DNA of 57,450 nucleotides from Peribolospora baueri (lineage: Eukaryota), in the NCBI GenBank assembly GCA_029717555.1, contig JAMDHS010000115.1, forward strand, positions 1-57,450, in the 5' to 3' direction. Positions within the stretch are counted from its first letter, which is position 1. Every line of letters starts with the position of its first letter. Position numbers and translations under genes: made by a program. Positions 22,680 through 34,426 of the stretch are shown piece by piece. The notes beneath the pieces are model-generated. The model was not told where the DNA came from and did no database searches. It saw only the letters and a list, made by a program, of their open reading frames with translations.

Positions 22680-25034
22680 TCACTCTCTGCGATCAACATC
22701 AGGCTCAACGCCGGCGTCCCTGACGAACGAAGAGAAATCCAGGAGCGGAACGCCGTCGCCCGCGTCGTCGCCTCCCGAAGATTCATCGAAAAGTCCAGCT
22801 CCGGGGACGGAGTCGAGAAGTCGTTGGAAATCCATGGTCACATCCCACCCTGCCGCATTGCTGTCGCTTGCAGACGACGCCGGAGCGTCAGCCTCCTTTC
22901 GAATTTTCCCCTCGACTTCCCAACTAACTTCCACGACGTTCCTCAAAACGCTTTCCTCGATTTGCAGTCGCACGAGCTCGCCCTTGAGCTTGTCGTATGC
23001 CGAGCTGATTTTTTGGGATTGATTACGCAGACGGTTGTAGGAGCGCGTGAAGGTCGCTGGCAGCGGCGGACGCGTGTGCGATGAATTCGGAGAGCCATCG
23101 GATCCGCGGGACGTCAGGGAAGAAGGACGAGGCGAGGATGATCGCCGCTGGGGCGAGTGAGGAGCAAGAGAGGCAGACGACGAGTGCGTGGGATCCGCAG
23201 ACTTCGCCTCGGTTGGCCATGGAGAGGAGCTCAGCAAAGTAGCGAGCTTGATCGCTTCGCTCACTGCTTGCGACTCGTCCGCGGCGGTGAGTTGGGGGTC
23301 CATAGTGAGAGGGGCGACGGGCCCGCTTGTGGAGACAGGGGCGGGGGCCGGGACGGGAACGGGGACGGCGGCCGACCCGTCCTCAGACGCGTGAGAAGAT
23401 TGGAGTAAAGGTTGATTCGACGGCGCCGACGAAGCAGACGGCGCAAATGGGCCGAGTACGGCGCTGAAGAGCGCGAACGCGTCTTCGCCATTGTCGTTAG
23501 CGTCATCGCCATCCATCATGGTCATGTCCAGTTCCGCTGAAATCGACTGTGCTTGTGGTAAGTCGATGGTGGATGGCTGGGCGACGCTGGATGGATCGGC
23601 TACTGGATGCAACTGGCAGTGGGTGGGCGAGCCGCTCCCGGTCGCACCACCTGGCGCCGCGTCGGCATTGCTATCAGCATCAGCAGCCAGGGAGGATGTC
23701 TCCTTCGCTCGAGCGCTTGGCATGTCCTCGCCACCAGCCGACGCAGGTCCGAAAATTTCGCTCATATCTCGCTCGAGAGCTTCATCCAAAAGGTCATCTC
23801 TGAAAGTGTCTCCAAAGCCGGAGGACGACGCCGGGCTCTCTGATTGAGCGGTGCCCAACCAGCCAGCGACTGAGGTGGCACGGGACGATAAGGAGCCTTC
23901 AATGGAGGCAGATGACTTGGGTGGTGGAGGGGCGAATTTGGGGGGCGGCAGCTCAGCGGGGCGCTCTCGAGCGGGACGGAAGAGGGCGGCACTGCTGGAC
24001 GATGCTGGCTGGTGTGGGTATGTCCCAGGGCCTGGTGGTGGACATGGCAGTCTGGAACGCTTGGATCGACTCGCACTGGCCTCGGAAGATGTCGAGGCTG
24101 CACCTGGTGACCTGTCTACGCGGCGTCTTTTGACACTGTGTGAAGCCGCCTGAGGGGAAGGCAGATCCGAGGGAACTTTGGAACGCGTGTCCGATGGCCG
24201 TGACTGGGTCATCGTCGCAGTCGCATTAAAGAGCAGGGGCGAGGAACTTGCGGGAAGGGGATTTGCCTTGTAATACGACGTGAGAAACGATGCAAGGTGC
24301 GCCGAAGCTGACTGTTTCCCAGCGCGGGGCGTCGTTGTGCCCACTCCAGTCGAAGTCGAAATCGAGACAGACGAGGGCGTAGTCGAAGATATCGACGAGG
24401 TGGCGGAAGGAGAATCAGATGCAGTAGGCTGAGAAGTATGGCTCCCTGGGAGAGCGAGGCCCGCCACCCGGTCGAACTCAACCTCAGCCGCTCGACGGTC
24501 TCCGCGGTCCTCTTGATCACACTCTCCAAACAGCTCCTCGTCTACGTCGCTGCTCAATCCATCGTCCTGCGCATTCGCGCGAGGATCCGCCACTCCGCCG
24601 GCGTCCTCGACGATCCGGGGGGGCTGTGAGCTCGTTGCCGAGCGTGAACGTGGGAGGTACAGCGAGAACGCGGGGGGTGAATTGTCTTCGCGCGCGGATG
24701 CCCGACCAGCCATTTCGCTGGTGGTCGACGGGACGGACGAGAGCGTTTGGCTTCAGGCGGTGATGAATGGGGCGCGGCGTACTTCGTGACGATGTGGCAG
24801 GTTAAGATTGACTCACCAGGTCGCCCAATCGACCTCGACGAAACAGGGACTGGCTAGTGGGCCGCTAGGATGCGCAGTGCATTGACGCTGCCTGGACGTG
24901 TGGACAACCGAATAGGATGGCGAATCGAAGGCGACTGGAGAGGCAAGGAAATCCGTCGCCGTCAGGTCGTCCACGTCGTCATCGTCGCGGTGTGGTTTGA
25001 AGGAGCAGTGAGAATTGAAGAAAGACGTGGGCAT
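22680..25034 (-). CDS. Hypothetical Ser/Pro/Ala-rich disordered protein with a C-terminal coiled coil
   Basis: 677-aa ORF 22680..24713. An upstream exon from ATG 25034 joins in frame via intron 24816..24751 (GTGAGT...AAG). Basic patch VKRRRV; heptad segment YNRLRNQSQKISSAYDKLKGELVRLQIEESVL. Confidence 0.7.
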
Positions 25035-25224
25035 GCTCGTCACGTGATTTGAGAGGGGCGACGCGAAGACCCGCGTCGGGGCAAGTTTATGGCCGGAATG
25101 CATTCCGTCAGTCCTCGTCGACGGCCTTCATCTGCGACGCACCGTCGGCCATCGCCTGTACCACTGATCCCCTTTTCTTTTTCTTATTGGCAGATTGACC
25201 TCCACCCTTCTTGTTTGCCACGGC
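25035..25224. promoter_or_regulatory. Compact divergent promoter region with MCB-like inverted CGACGCG sites and an E-box
   Basis: Only 190 bp separate the inferred ATGs. CACGTG at 25041; CGACGCG-aagacc-CGCGTCG at 25059-25078. Confidence 0.4.
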
Positions 25225-28200
25225 ATGGTGCACAACCTGCCCGCCACCGTGGCTACCCCATCACCGGCACCTCGTGGCGCAGCGCCCACCCCCGTCAAGA
25301 CTCCCATGATGGACCAGAACTCCGCCACGCCCGTAGTCTCGTTCGACCAGATCGAGTCGCAGAAAGAAAATATTCAGCCCATAGCTCGAGGCCGCTCTGC
25401 TTCCAAGCTCTCCAACGTTATCTCCCTCCAGTTTAAGGAGCGACAGGCCGCCCTCGCCGAAGGGAGGGCCGAGTTCGAGCGTGAGATCCACAGCGAGGAG
25501 AACGCAGAGAGCGACGACCCGCTAGACGCATACAACCGCTACGTGCAATGGACGGTGGAGAACTACCCTCAAGGTCACAATCACGACAGCAATCTTGTGC
25601 CCCTCCTCGAGCTCGCCACCCACACCTTCAAGGACTCGGAGCAATACCGCAATGACAGCCGTTACCTCAAGCTCTGGGTGCTCTACGCAAGAAATGTGGA
25701 TGTGCCGAGGGACATTTACAGTTTCCTTATGGCAAATGATATAGGGACGAAACTAGCTACTCTGTATGAAGAGTATGCGATCACTCTGGAAGAAGCTGGC
25801 TTGTGAGTGGCTCGCTTCGGAGTCCAGGAGGACCGGCACCGAGACATGGGCTGACTTCCGCTCATGTGCCTTCCATCCACAGTACTGACCAAGCCGATCA
25901 GACCTATCTCCTCGGGATTCACCGCCGAGCCATGCCACTTGAGCGCCTGAAGCGCCGCTACGCCGAATTCCAGCAACGCATTCTCCTCCGTCCTCAGGGT
26001 TCAGAGACCCAGCCGGTAACGACCCCACGGTCCCGACCGACAGCCCCGTCCGGCTTGGGATCAGCAATGGGTTCTGTAGGACGCTCTGTGCTTGGCGTGA
26101 AATCTTCAGGACGAGGCCCTACCGCCTCTTTGGCCGCATCCTCGGGCGCCCAAGCACGGCCGGCGTCGTCCGCTCCGAACGGCGCAAGAATGGGCATCTT
26201 CGTGGACCCAACGGGCGAAGCAGCTGAAGAGGCTTCACGTAGAGGCCAATGGGATGACGTCGGTACGGTCGCTACTCGAAGAAGAGAGAACACGGAAGAC
26301 GGACCTTTGCCGTGGAAGGGCGAGCTGCTGCCCCAGAAGCGGGGAGGAGCGAGGATGCCGAGCACTCCCAAGCTCGAGGTCTTCCGCGACGGTGCGTCAC
26401 ACGTGCTCGATGCCCTTCGGAGCGCGAGAAAAACTTCCAAGCCGTCTTCCTTCGCTCTGGCATCTCGCACCAAACCCTCCAAAGATAAATCTTCCTCGTC
26501 CAAGGGCGGCGCCGCTGAAAAGGTAGTGGTTGACCTCGCCCTCCTTTACCCCTCCCTAGTGGGGCGCGAGAAAGCGGAGATGGAGAAGGTGCTGGTCGAC
26601 TCTCACCGGGGTAGCAGCCGGCGAAAGCGCACGAGGGAGGAGAGCCAGCACGAGGAGTTTAGCATGGAAGAGTGCATCGCGAGCAAAATCGGGCAGCGGC
26701 GGTGGGAGAACGAAGACGACGACATGGAAATGGGCGTGTGGCTTCCTCGTGAGTATTTGTTGGTCGTTCGAGTCGTGCTTTCGTCTCATTCCTGACTTGT
26801 CGATCCAATCTCGTATGCAGGCCGGGAGACGCGACGAAAGATCGAAGAGGCAGCGCCTGTGTTGGAACTGGCTCAAACGACGCTGTCGTCCAAGCGCTCC
26901 ACGTCTGCTCTCGTCACGCCTTCTCCGATTGCCGAGGGCGTCGCGGTGCCCGTACGATCGAAGACGTCACCGTCTGCTCCAATTCTCGACTTGGACGTCT
27001 CAATGATCAACTCACCATCGATTGCGCAAGCGGCCAACAAATCTGCACAGCTGCAACCGCTACACGTCTCGCCCGACTCGTCGACCTCAGCCTCGGCCTC
27101 GGCCTTGGCCCCGGCTCCGACCCCGGCGGCGTCAAACGCCGGTTCTTCTTCAGTCGATCTCAACCTCTTGAAGGATCCCAGGCCTCCAAGCCCGACGGTC
27201 GTGACGAAGGCGATGACCATGGAGGTCATGGGCATGTTCAACGGCGACGAAGACGAGGATGACGAGGATGACGATGACGATAGCGACGAGGAGGACAGTG
27301 ACGAAGACGAAGACGAGGATGAAGAGGAAGAGGAAGGACAAGATTCGATGGGAATGAGCGACGCGCACATGGCACCTCCCTTGCGTATGATGTCTTCCGC
27401 CGGGCTCGTTCCCCACTCGCCCACGCCTGCAGAGCGACGGTTCGACGAGAACGGAGAGCGTGTGAGCGGGAGCATGGGGAGCGTGCTGAGGCCGAAGGCT
27501 GCTCGAACTCCGTTAGCGGCCAAGCCAATCGTCGAGGAGGATGAACGAGAGGAAGAGGCGGAGGACCAAAGCGTCAAAGGCGACGAGCAAGACGAGCCGC
27601 CTAAGGACGGCGCGAATGTGATGGAGGAGCCGGAACCGTTGATCGACTTGGGAGAAGGCGGCGGAGAGGCTTCCTTCGAGACGAGCTACGCCGGTGGCGG
27701 CCGATGGGTGAATGGTCCGCTGGGGCCATACACGGTAATGACGCCCATAACCGAACGGACATACGAGTTCACAAATCACACCAACTGGACGCTCGCCCCC
27801 TCCAACGGAACAGATCGTCGTGTGTCCAGTTTCGGATCGCGCCCATCTTTCCCCTCGTTCGACTCACAATCGTCGGCGGAGCAGCTGCAAAGCGGAAAGA
27901 TGCCGGTCAAGCGTCTGTCCGTCCCTGATGCATCGCAAGAACCGGCTAAGGAAGTGGGCTGGGGCACGGCTGTTTTACAGGACCTTCCGAATCCGTGCTG
28001 CCCGACGGACGAGGAGACGCTTAGGAAGATCCTCACGTCGCTGAATCCTCCGCTCGAGACGCGTCCGGACTTTGTCGATCTTCGAATGACGACAGCGAAC
28101 AAGCTCGACTGTCTTCAGAAGCGCGCCAGGCAGGTCTCCAGGCGGTCCGTGGGCAGCAGCGGCAGGGGAGGATCGGGTGCCGGGGACGACGAGCCGTGGG

Positions 28201-29279
28201 AGGTGGAAATTGGGGGAGACGTGTTCAGCGTCAGGGAGAAGCTCGGAGAAGGAGGATTTGGCGCCGTGTTCCTCGTCGCAGGCGACGCTCCTGACGACGC
28301 CGACGAAGGACGTAGCTGGGCATCAGACCTCGACGACGAAACCGGGGGGAAGGACGAGAGCCGCCTAGTGGCCGTCAAGGTGGAACGTCCGGGGAACCTG
28401 TGGGAGTTCCATGTTCTGAAGTGCGTCCGAGACAAGCTTCCTCCTCACACGCTCAGCTCGGTGGTCCGACCTCGAAAGCTGTACGCGTACGGGGACGAGA
28501 GCTTTTTGATGATGGACTACAAGGACCACGGCACGCTGCTGGACGCGGTGAACCAGAGCTCCAAGGAGGGTTCCTCGACGCCAGGGTTGGACGAGGTGGT
28601 GGTCATGTTCTTCGCCATCGAGCTGCTCAAGATCGTCGAGGCGCTCCATTCGGCCGGCTTCATCCACGGCGACCTCAAGATCGACAACTGTCTCCTCCGA
28701 CTCGAGGAGCCTCAGCGTGGGACGACGTGGTCCAACGCGTACGCCGCAGACGGTTCTGCGGGGTGGTCGAGCAAAGGCGTGACGCTAATCGACTTTGGAC
28801 GAGCGATCAACACAACCATCTTCCCGGCCGATCAGCAGTTCATCGCCGATTGGCCCGTGGACAACAAGGACTGCGTGGAGATGCGCGAGGCGAGGCCGTG
28901 GACGTACCAGACGGATTACTACGGGCTTGCGGGCATTGTATACTGCATGCTGTTCGGAAAGTTTATCGAGACGACGACGACGACGGAGGCGGAATCGAAA
29001 TCGGATGGTCAGCACGAGCCGACGACGAAGCACAAGATTGGTCAACCGCTCAAGCGGTACTGGCAGGTGGACCTCTGGACGCGCCTGTTCGACGCGCTGC
29101 TCAACCCTCGCTGCGAGTGCGCCGACGGCAGCCTTCCGATCACGTCCGAGCTCGCGGCGCTGAGGAAGGAGATGGAGACCTGGCTCGAGGCCAACGCGAA
29201 TCGGGGAGGGAAGAACCTCAAAGGCGCGCTCAAGAAGGTCGAGATCCGAGCGCTAGAGATGCGCGGTCGGGCCAAGTGA
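25225..29279 (+). CDS. BUB1: Spindle-checkpoint kinase Bub1/Mad3 (MadBub), 3 exons
   Basis: KEN box IESQKENIQPIARGRSA; TPR domain (DDPLDAYNRYVQWT...YRNDSRYLKLW); GLEBS-like EEFSMEE; CDI-like SPTVVTKAMTMEVMGMFN; kinase LGEGGFGAV, VAVKVE, IHGDLKIDN, IDFGRA, WTYQTDYYGLA. Introns 25803-25882 and 26749-26820. Confidence 0.95.
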
Positions 29280-29641
29280 ACGAACGGGTGAGGTGAGGTG
29301 CGGGTTCGAAGATGATGGGAGGCGATGTGAGGATTGCTTTGCGACGGATGGATGAAGAAAGAGAGGGATGGACAGGTCGCTGCTATTTTTGCTTGTATGA
29401 AACATACCCCGTTCTTCCAATTTGCACATTAATCTACGGCGGCAGAAAGACACCTGTGACTTTTGAGATAAGACGGCCCCTGTCGGTCGCCTCGGCGGGC
29501 ACCGTGAGGCCGTCACCGTCGACTCATCCGTGCAACAGTGCGTACCATGGATGATAGCTTGCCCAGTCTAAAATCGGACGACTTCCTTCCCGCACATGCT
29601 CGGAGCCTCACTCCCCTTCCCTCCTCCTTCCCTTTTTAGAC

Positions 29642-32093
29642 CTACTCCTTCCCAGAGCCCAACTCTTCATTGAAGGTCCTCCCGATGAGCATCCTCCTGA
29701 TCTCCTGCGTGCCCGCGCCGATGGAGTACAGCTTGGCGTCGCGGAGGAGGCGCTCGACAGGGAAGTCCTTGGTGTAGCCGTTGCCGCCCAGGCATTGGAT
29801 CGCGTCAAGGGTCACCTCGACAGAGCGGTCCGAGGCGTACAGGATCGCGCCTGCGCAGTCCTGTGGTCGCCAGCGGGGACGGGAAATAAGTGGTTTACAA
29901 AACAAGAACAAGAAGGATGGTCAAACCATGATCGACTTTGGCGCCGGATGAAGCGTCGCAGTAAGCAGGAGATAACCGCTCACCCTTCTGCTGATCTTTC
30001 CCAGATCGCAAGCCCTTCCGACCGCATACACGTAGCTCCTCGACGCGCCGAGCTTCGTGTACATGTCTGTCGTGTCATCAAAGGGCGGTGGGACGGCAGA
30101 ACGCCAAAGGCTCGTCAGCGTCCGAGATCGCATCCGACCAGGAAGGCATGAAAAGGGACACCAAGCGAACCACGACGACCGCAAACGGAATGTAGGGTAC
30201 TCACCGGCGATCTTGCCCTGCATTAGCTGAAACTCTCCGATCGGCCTTCCAAACTGCTTGCGCTCATGCACGTACGTCACCGCGGCGTCGAAAGCCGCTT
30301 GCATGATCCTTCCCGGGTGGGCACGGGGGGGCGTTTGAAAACAGGTAATACGGGTAGAAGAGACAGGGTCGTCAACGATGGAGTGGGACGAAACTGGGAA
30401 CAAACACTTCAAACTCACCCGAGGGGTCCGCCTGAGAGCACGAGCCTCTCCAGGTCGAGTCCGCTCATGAGCACTGCCGCTCCGCGGTCTACCTTTCCCA
30501 GGACGTTCTCATCTGCCGAGAGGAAGGGAGGGAGGAAGCGAAGTGTGGAGATGGGGACGGAGGCGGAGACGAGGAGGTAGAGAAAGGACGAGTTTGGGAT
30601 TGACGATTGGAGAAAGGTGCCACCACCGCAAAATGTACCACCCGAACCAAGCGAGACCCACCCGGCACCTCGACGCCCTCAAAGACGAGCTCGCAAGTAT
30701 CGCTACCCCTCATGCCCATCTTGTCCAGCTTCTGACTGACAGAAAAGCCAGGCCAGTCGCGCTCGACGATGAAGGCGGTGATACCTTTGCTTCCCGCTTG
30801 AGGATTCGTTTTCGCGTACTGGGGTTTGTCAAATCGTGGTATGGGCGTGTAAGTTTAACATCTCGTCAACATGCGGAAATGGAGAGAAGACGAACGGCCG
30901 ACGCACGATGACAAAGGTGGAGGCCACCGGGCCGTTCGTGATCCTTTGGGGCACGGCGAGCAGAAAACGAAAGAAGGAAGTGGGAAATGTTTGGTCAGGG
31001 AAAGCGAAAGGGCAGCCACTCACCCACACTCACCACATCTTGCTCCCCTCCAACTTCCACCCACCTCCCCCACTCAACCTGACCGCTCTTGTGGTCATGC
31101 CCACGACGTCACTCCCAGCACCTGGCTCGCTCATGGCCAGAGCGCCGACCTTTTTGCCGCTGACAAGATCGGGAAGGTATTTGGCCTTTTGGGAAGGCGT
31201 ACCGTGCCGGTTGATTTGGTTCACGCAGAGGTTCGAGTGGGCGCCGTACGAGAGGGCTACGGAAGCTGAGGCGCGAGAGATTTCTTTTGGGAGAAGAGGG
31301 GATGGATACAAAGGTGTTCATACCTGTACGTTGACGAGCGAAGAGAAGGGAAGAATAGATAGGCTCATCTCACCCTCCATCACTATGGTGTGGTCCAGAT
31401 ACCCTTTGTCAATGCCTCCGTACTCGGCCGGTATGGTGACGCCTACAGAGGAGAGCGGAAAACCGGACGAGAGATTAGAGAGGGCGATGACGAAGACGTT
31501 CACCCGCTCATTGGGTACACCGCTCGACCTATGAGCGGGTCGGATGGGACCAGTCTGAAGGCCACGCACCGAGCAACCCCATGTCGCCCAACTTTTCCCA
31601 TAGATCCTAGGCAAGCAAAGGCGGTCGTGAATGCGATCGAGTAGACAAGGAGGGTAGATGGGTTGGGAACGAGAGAAAAAAAGCGCGTTCGATGCTCAGC
31701 TCTGTGGGCACCCGATGAAGATGACGCTCAGTCCACCGTGCTCTTACCATGGGAAATGCGTTCGACCTATCCGCCTCTGCTGCGCGAGGGACAATCTCCT
31801 TCTGTGCAAATGTAGCGACCGCTTCCCGGAGCTGAGGTGGGTGAAGCGGGGCGGCAAAGGAGTGTGAGTGGACATGCGCCAAAACTGGACGATTCCGTCT
31901 CCGACCGCATGCTCACCTCGGCCTGCTCCTCGGTCAAGCCGGCAACATCGACGTTGTAAAACGTGGAAGCGGAACGCGCGTGTAATGAAGGCAGGGGTCT
32001 AAGGACGCGCGGAGGACGGAGGGCGGAAGGGGCGGGAGTGCGGGGTAGAGAGGCGGCGAGAGCGGGGAGGCGGAGGAAGCGCGTGGAGAGCAT
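29642..32093 (-). CDS. IVD: Mitochondrial isovaleryl-CoA dehydrogenase, multi-exon
   Basis: Arg-rich presequence [140 protein letters not shown]. Confidence 0.93.
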
Positions 32094-34426
32094 GGTGGGG
32101 AGTATGGGTGTAGGGTGCTCTTCGTACGAGGAACGGCCAAGGCTGGAATGGAAATGGAGATGGAGATGATGGACGTTGGGAGACGAGAAAGCAAACCGTG
32201 ACGTCTCCTCGTCTTGTCTCCTCCGACCCCCGCATCTACCAGCTGGCCGGGCCGGTGCACGTGGTACGGCTTTGCGGGGCTGCGGTCGGCACCGGCGTCC
32301 AAGTCGTCCGTTGGCAGACTGCGGCATCCGCAAGACAGCGATCGACGCGGCGACCAGGACAACCACCATGACCGCGGCGACGACCGCGACGACGACCGCG
32401 ACCAAGGTGAATAAATGGACGCAGTGTCTCCCCCGGCAGCCTTGCCCTTCCGGCAGATGGAGGATGGGATTCCGAAAGGGATGACGGCAGGCTGCAGGCG
32501 GTCACGCCTCGCAGTCCGCAGCTCGGCCGCCCGAGACAAGCAAGCATGGCGGCCGAGGGAGCCGGATGTCACTCAACACCATCCTTGCCATTCGTCGTGC
32601 AGCAGAATAACGCCGGATGCAAGCCTTTTGAGAGCGTCGGCCAGCGCCCTCTCTCAACGGCCTCCTTCACCACGGACGACGGCAAACTTGCACTCGCCCG
32701 CTCGAGTCTGGAGTGGGGAACGCTGACCGGCATCGACAGAAGTTAGCCGAGACGAGCGACTCGACTCGTCGTTTCGAAACCACCCCGCTCACCTATCCTT
32801 TCTCCGTCCTCTCCCTACTCAGCGTACGCTTATTTTCCCAGTCGTTTTGCATCATCCCCCCTGATTGCCCCTCCGCTTTCCTTGTCTTCTCCTCTCGCCC
32901 TACTATCGTTCGCGTTGACCCGCTCTCACAAACGTTTACCATTTACCGTCTTACGATCTCCTCCAGCTAAGTAACCAGCAAATCAGCGAGGCCGAAAGGA
33001 TGACCCACGGCGATCCTCTCTCTCGACCCTCTCGCCGTTCCCGTTTACCTCCCACGAAAGTCGTGAGGCGGAAGCGTCCGGACATCCGAGACCGGCTCGA
33101 GCTCGAGCCCGCTTCTGCGCGAGGACGAAGACGCGAGGTGGTGGAGGGACGAGAGGCGTTGGAAGAACGGCAGGTGGCGCCAGGGGGTGGAAACGGACAA
33201 GCGACGATCGTGGCCGTTTCTGCCGTGCCTACCGTCTACACCGTGAGCATCCGAGGCCAACCGTCGACCAACCAACCAACAACAAAGGAGGGTGCAGGGA
33301 GGGAGGGGAGCGCGAAAAAGTAGAAGAGAAAAAGTCCCGATAACGCACGTCTGGCCGCGTTCGAATGCTGGCTGACGAAGGGCCATCCCGTTCTCTTCCA
33401 TTTCCCCTTCATCCGTCTCCCTTTCTTGCCTCCTTTCGCCGGCCCGGCACAACAAGGGACGACGACGCTGGCCGACGGCAGCGTCTCCGTCGGCAAGCTC
33501 ACCTTTTCCCCCACCACGCCTCCCACGGCCATCCAGCCAGCGTCATGCTGCCAACGATGCCGTCGGAGGCGGGACGACTGTGACGAGCGTCGCCGTTGCT
33601 GTCGCTGTCGCTGTCATTGTCGGGGTGGCGATGGGCGGCGCTGGAGGCGTAGCAATATGATCGAAGCAAGGCGATGTGGCGAGGCGAGGCGAGGCGAGGT
33701 AAGACGAGGTGTTCTATTTTGTCTGCCTTGGCGGAGGAAAAGGAGGGGCGATGATCTGGGAGGAAGGCAAGATGAAGACGAAGACGTAGACGTAGCTCTC
33801 CTCAGACGTGTGCTGCCCTTGCCTCAGGTCAGACCCGGGCCTATACATGTGTGTAGATCGAATCGAGGATACAATGTGAGTGAGTCGTACGGTGCGAGCT
33901 GAGCGACTGACAGAGGTCAGCCGACGCGCTGCGACGCGACGACGCCATCTGCAAAGACGAGCCGCCTGTATGTCCTAACGACCTCGTTCCACAAAACGAT
34001 GCCCTTGACAGTGGTGCATTGGGTCGGTGAGAGGAGAAGAGCGTGGGTGGTAGCGACATGAAGAGGGAGAGGCACGGGGAAGGCAGTGGGATAGGCTCGG
34101 AGGGGGCGAGAGAGAGGAAGATGCGCGGAACAGCGGCGCAGAGTGCGTGCGTTCGTCGGTGCGGGAAGGGGGTGTCCAAGTCCAAGCGAGCAAACGGGAA
34201 GATACGTAGCAGGAAGGAAAGGAAGGGGACACGCGAAGGGGCGTGGTGGTGGTATGGACGGGGGAGCGGCGCATGAAGGACGGACGATCAGCGGCTCGAC
34301 CTCGAGGGTATCTATCTGTCCACCTCGCCTCATCCTTCCTCCTTAGACAAACTACGACGGAGCGATGCGAAAGCAAAGCAAGCAAAGCAAAAATTCGCCA
34401 CGCCGCTACGATACGAGCGGGCGATT

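Noticed and set aside
28400..29296. 298-aa overlapping ORF within BUB1, and similar shadow or antisense ORFs across the window
   Set aside because: These are expected from high GC and codon bias; they are Arg/Gly-rich with no motifs.
32100..34400. Short ORFs between IVD and the S41 peptidase
   Set aside because: No coherent exon chain or recognisable protein; treated as intergenic or UTR.
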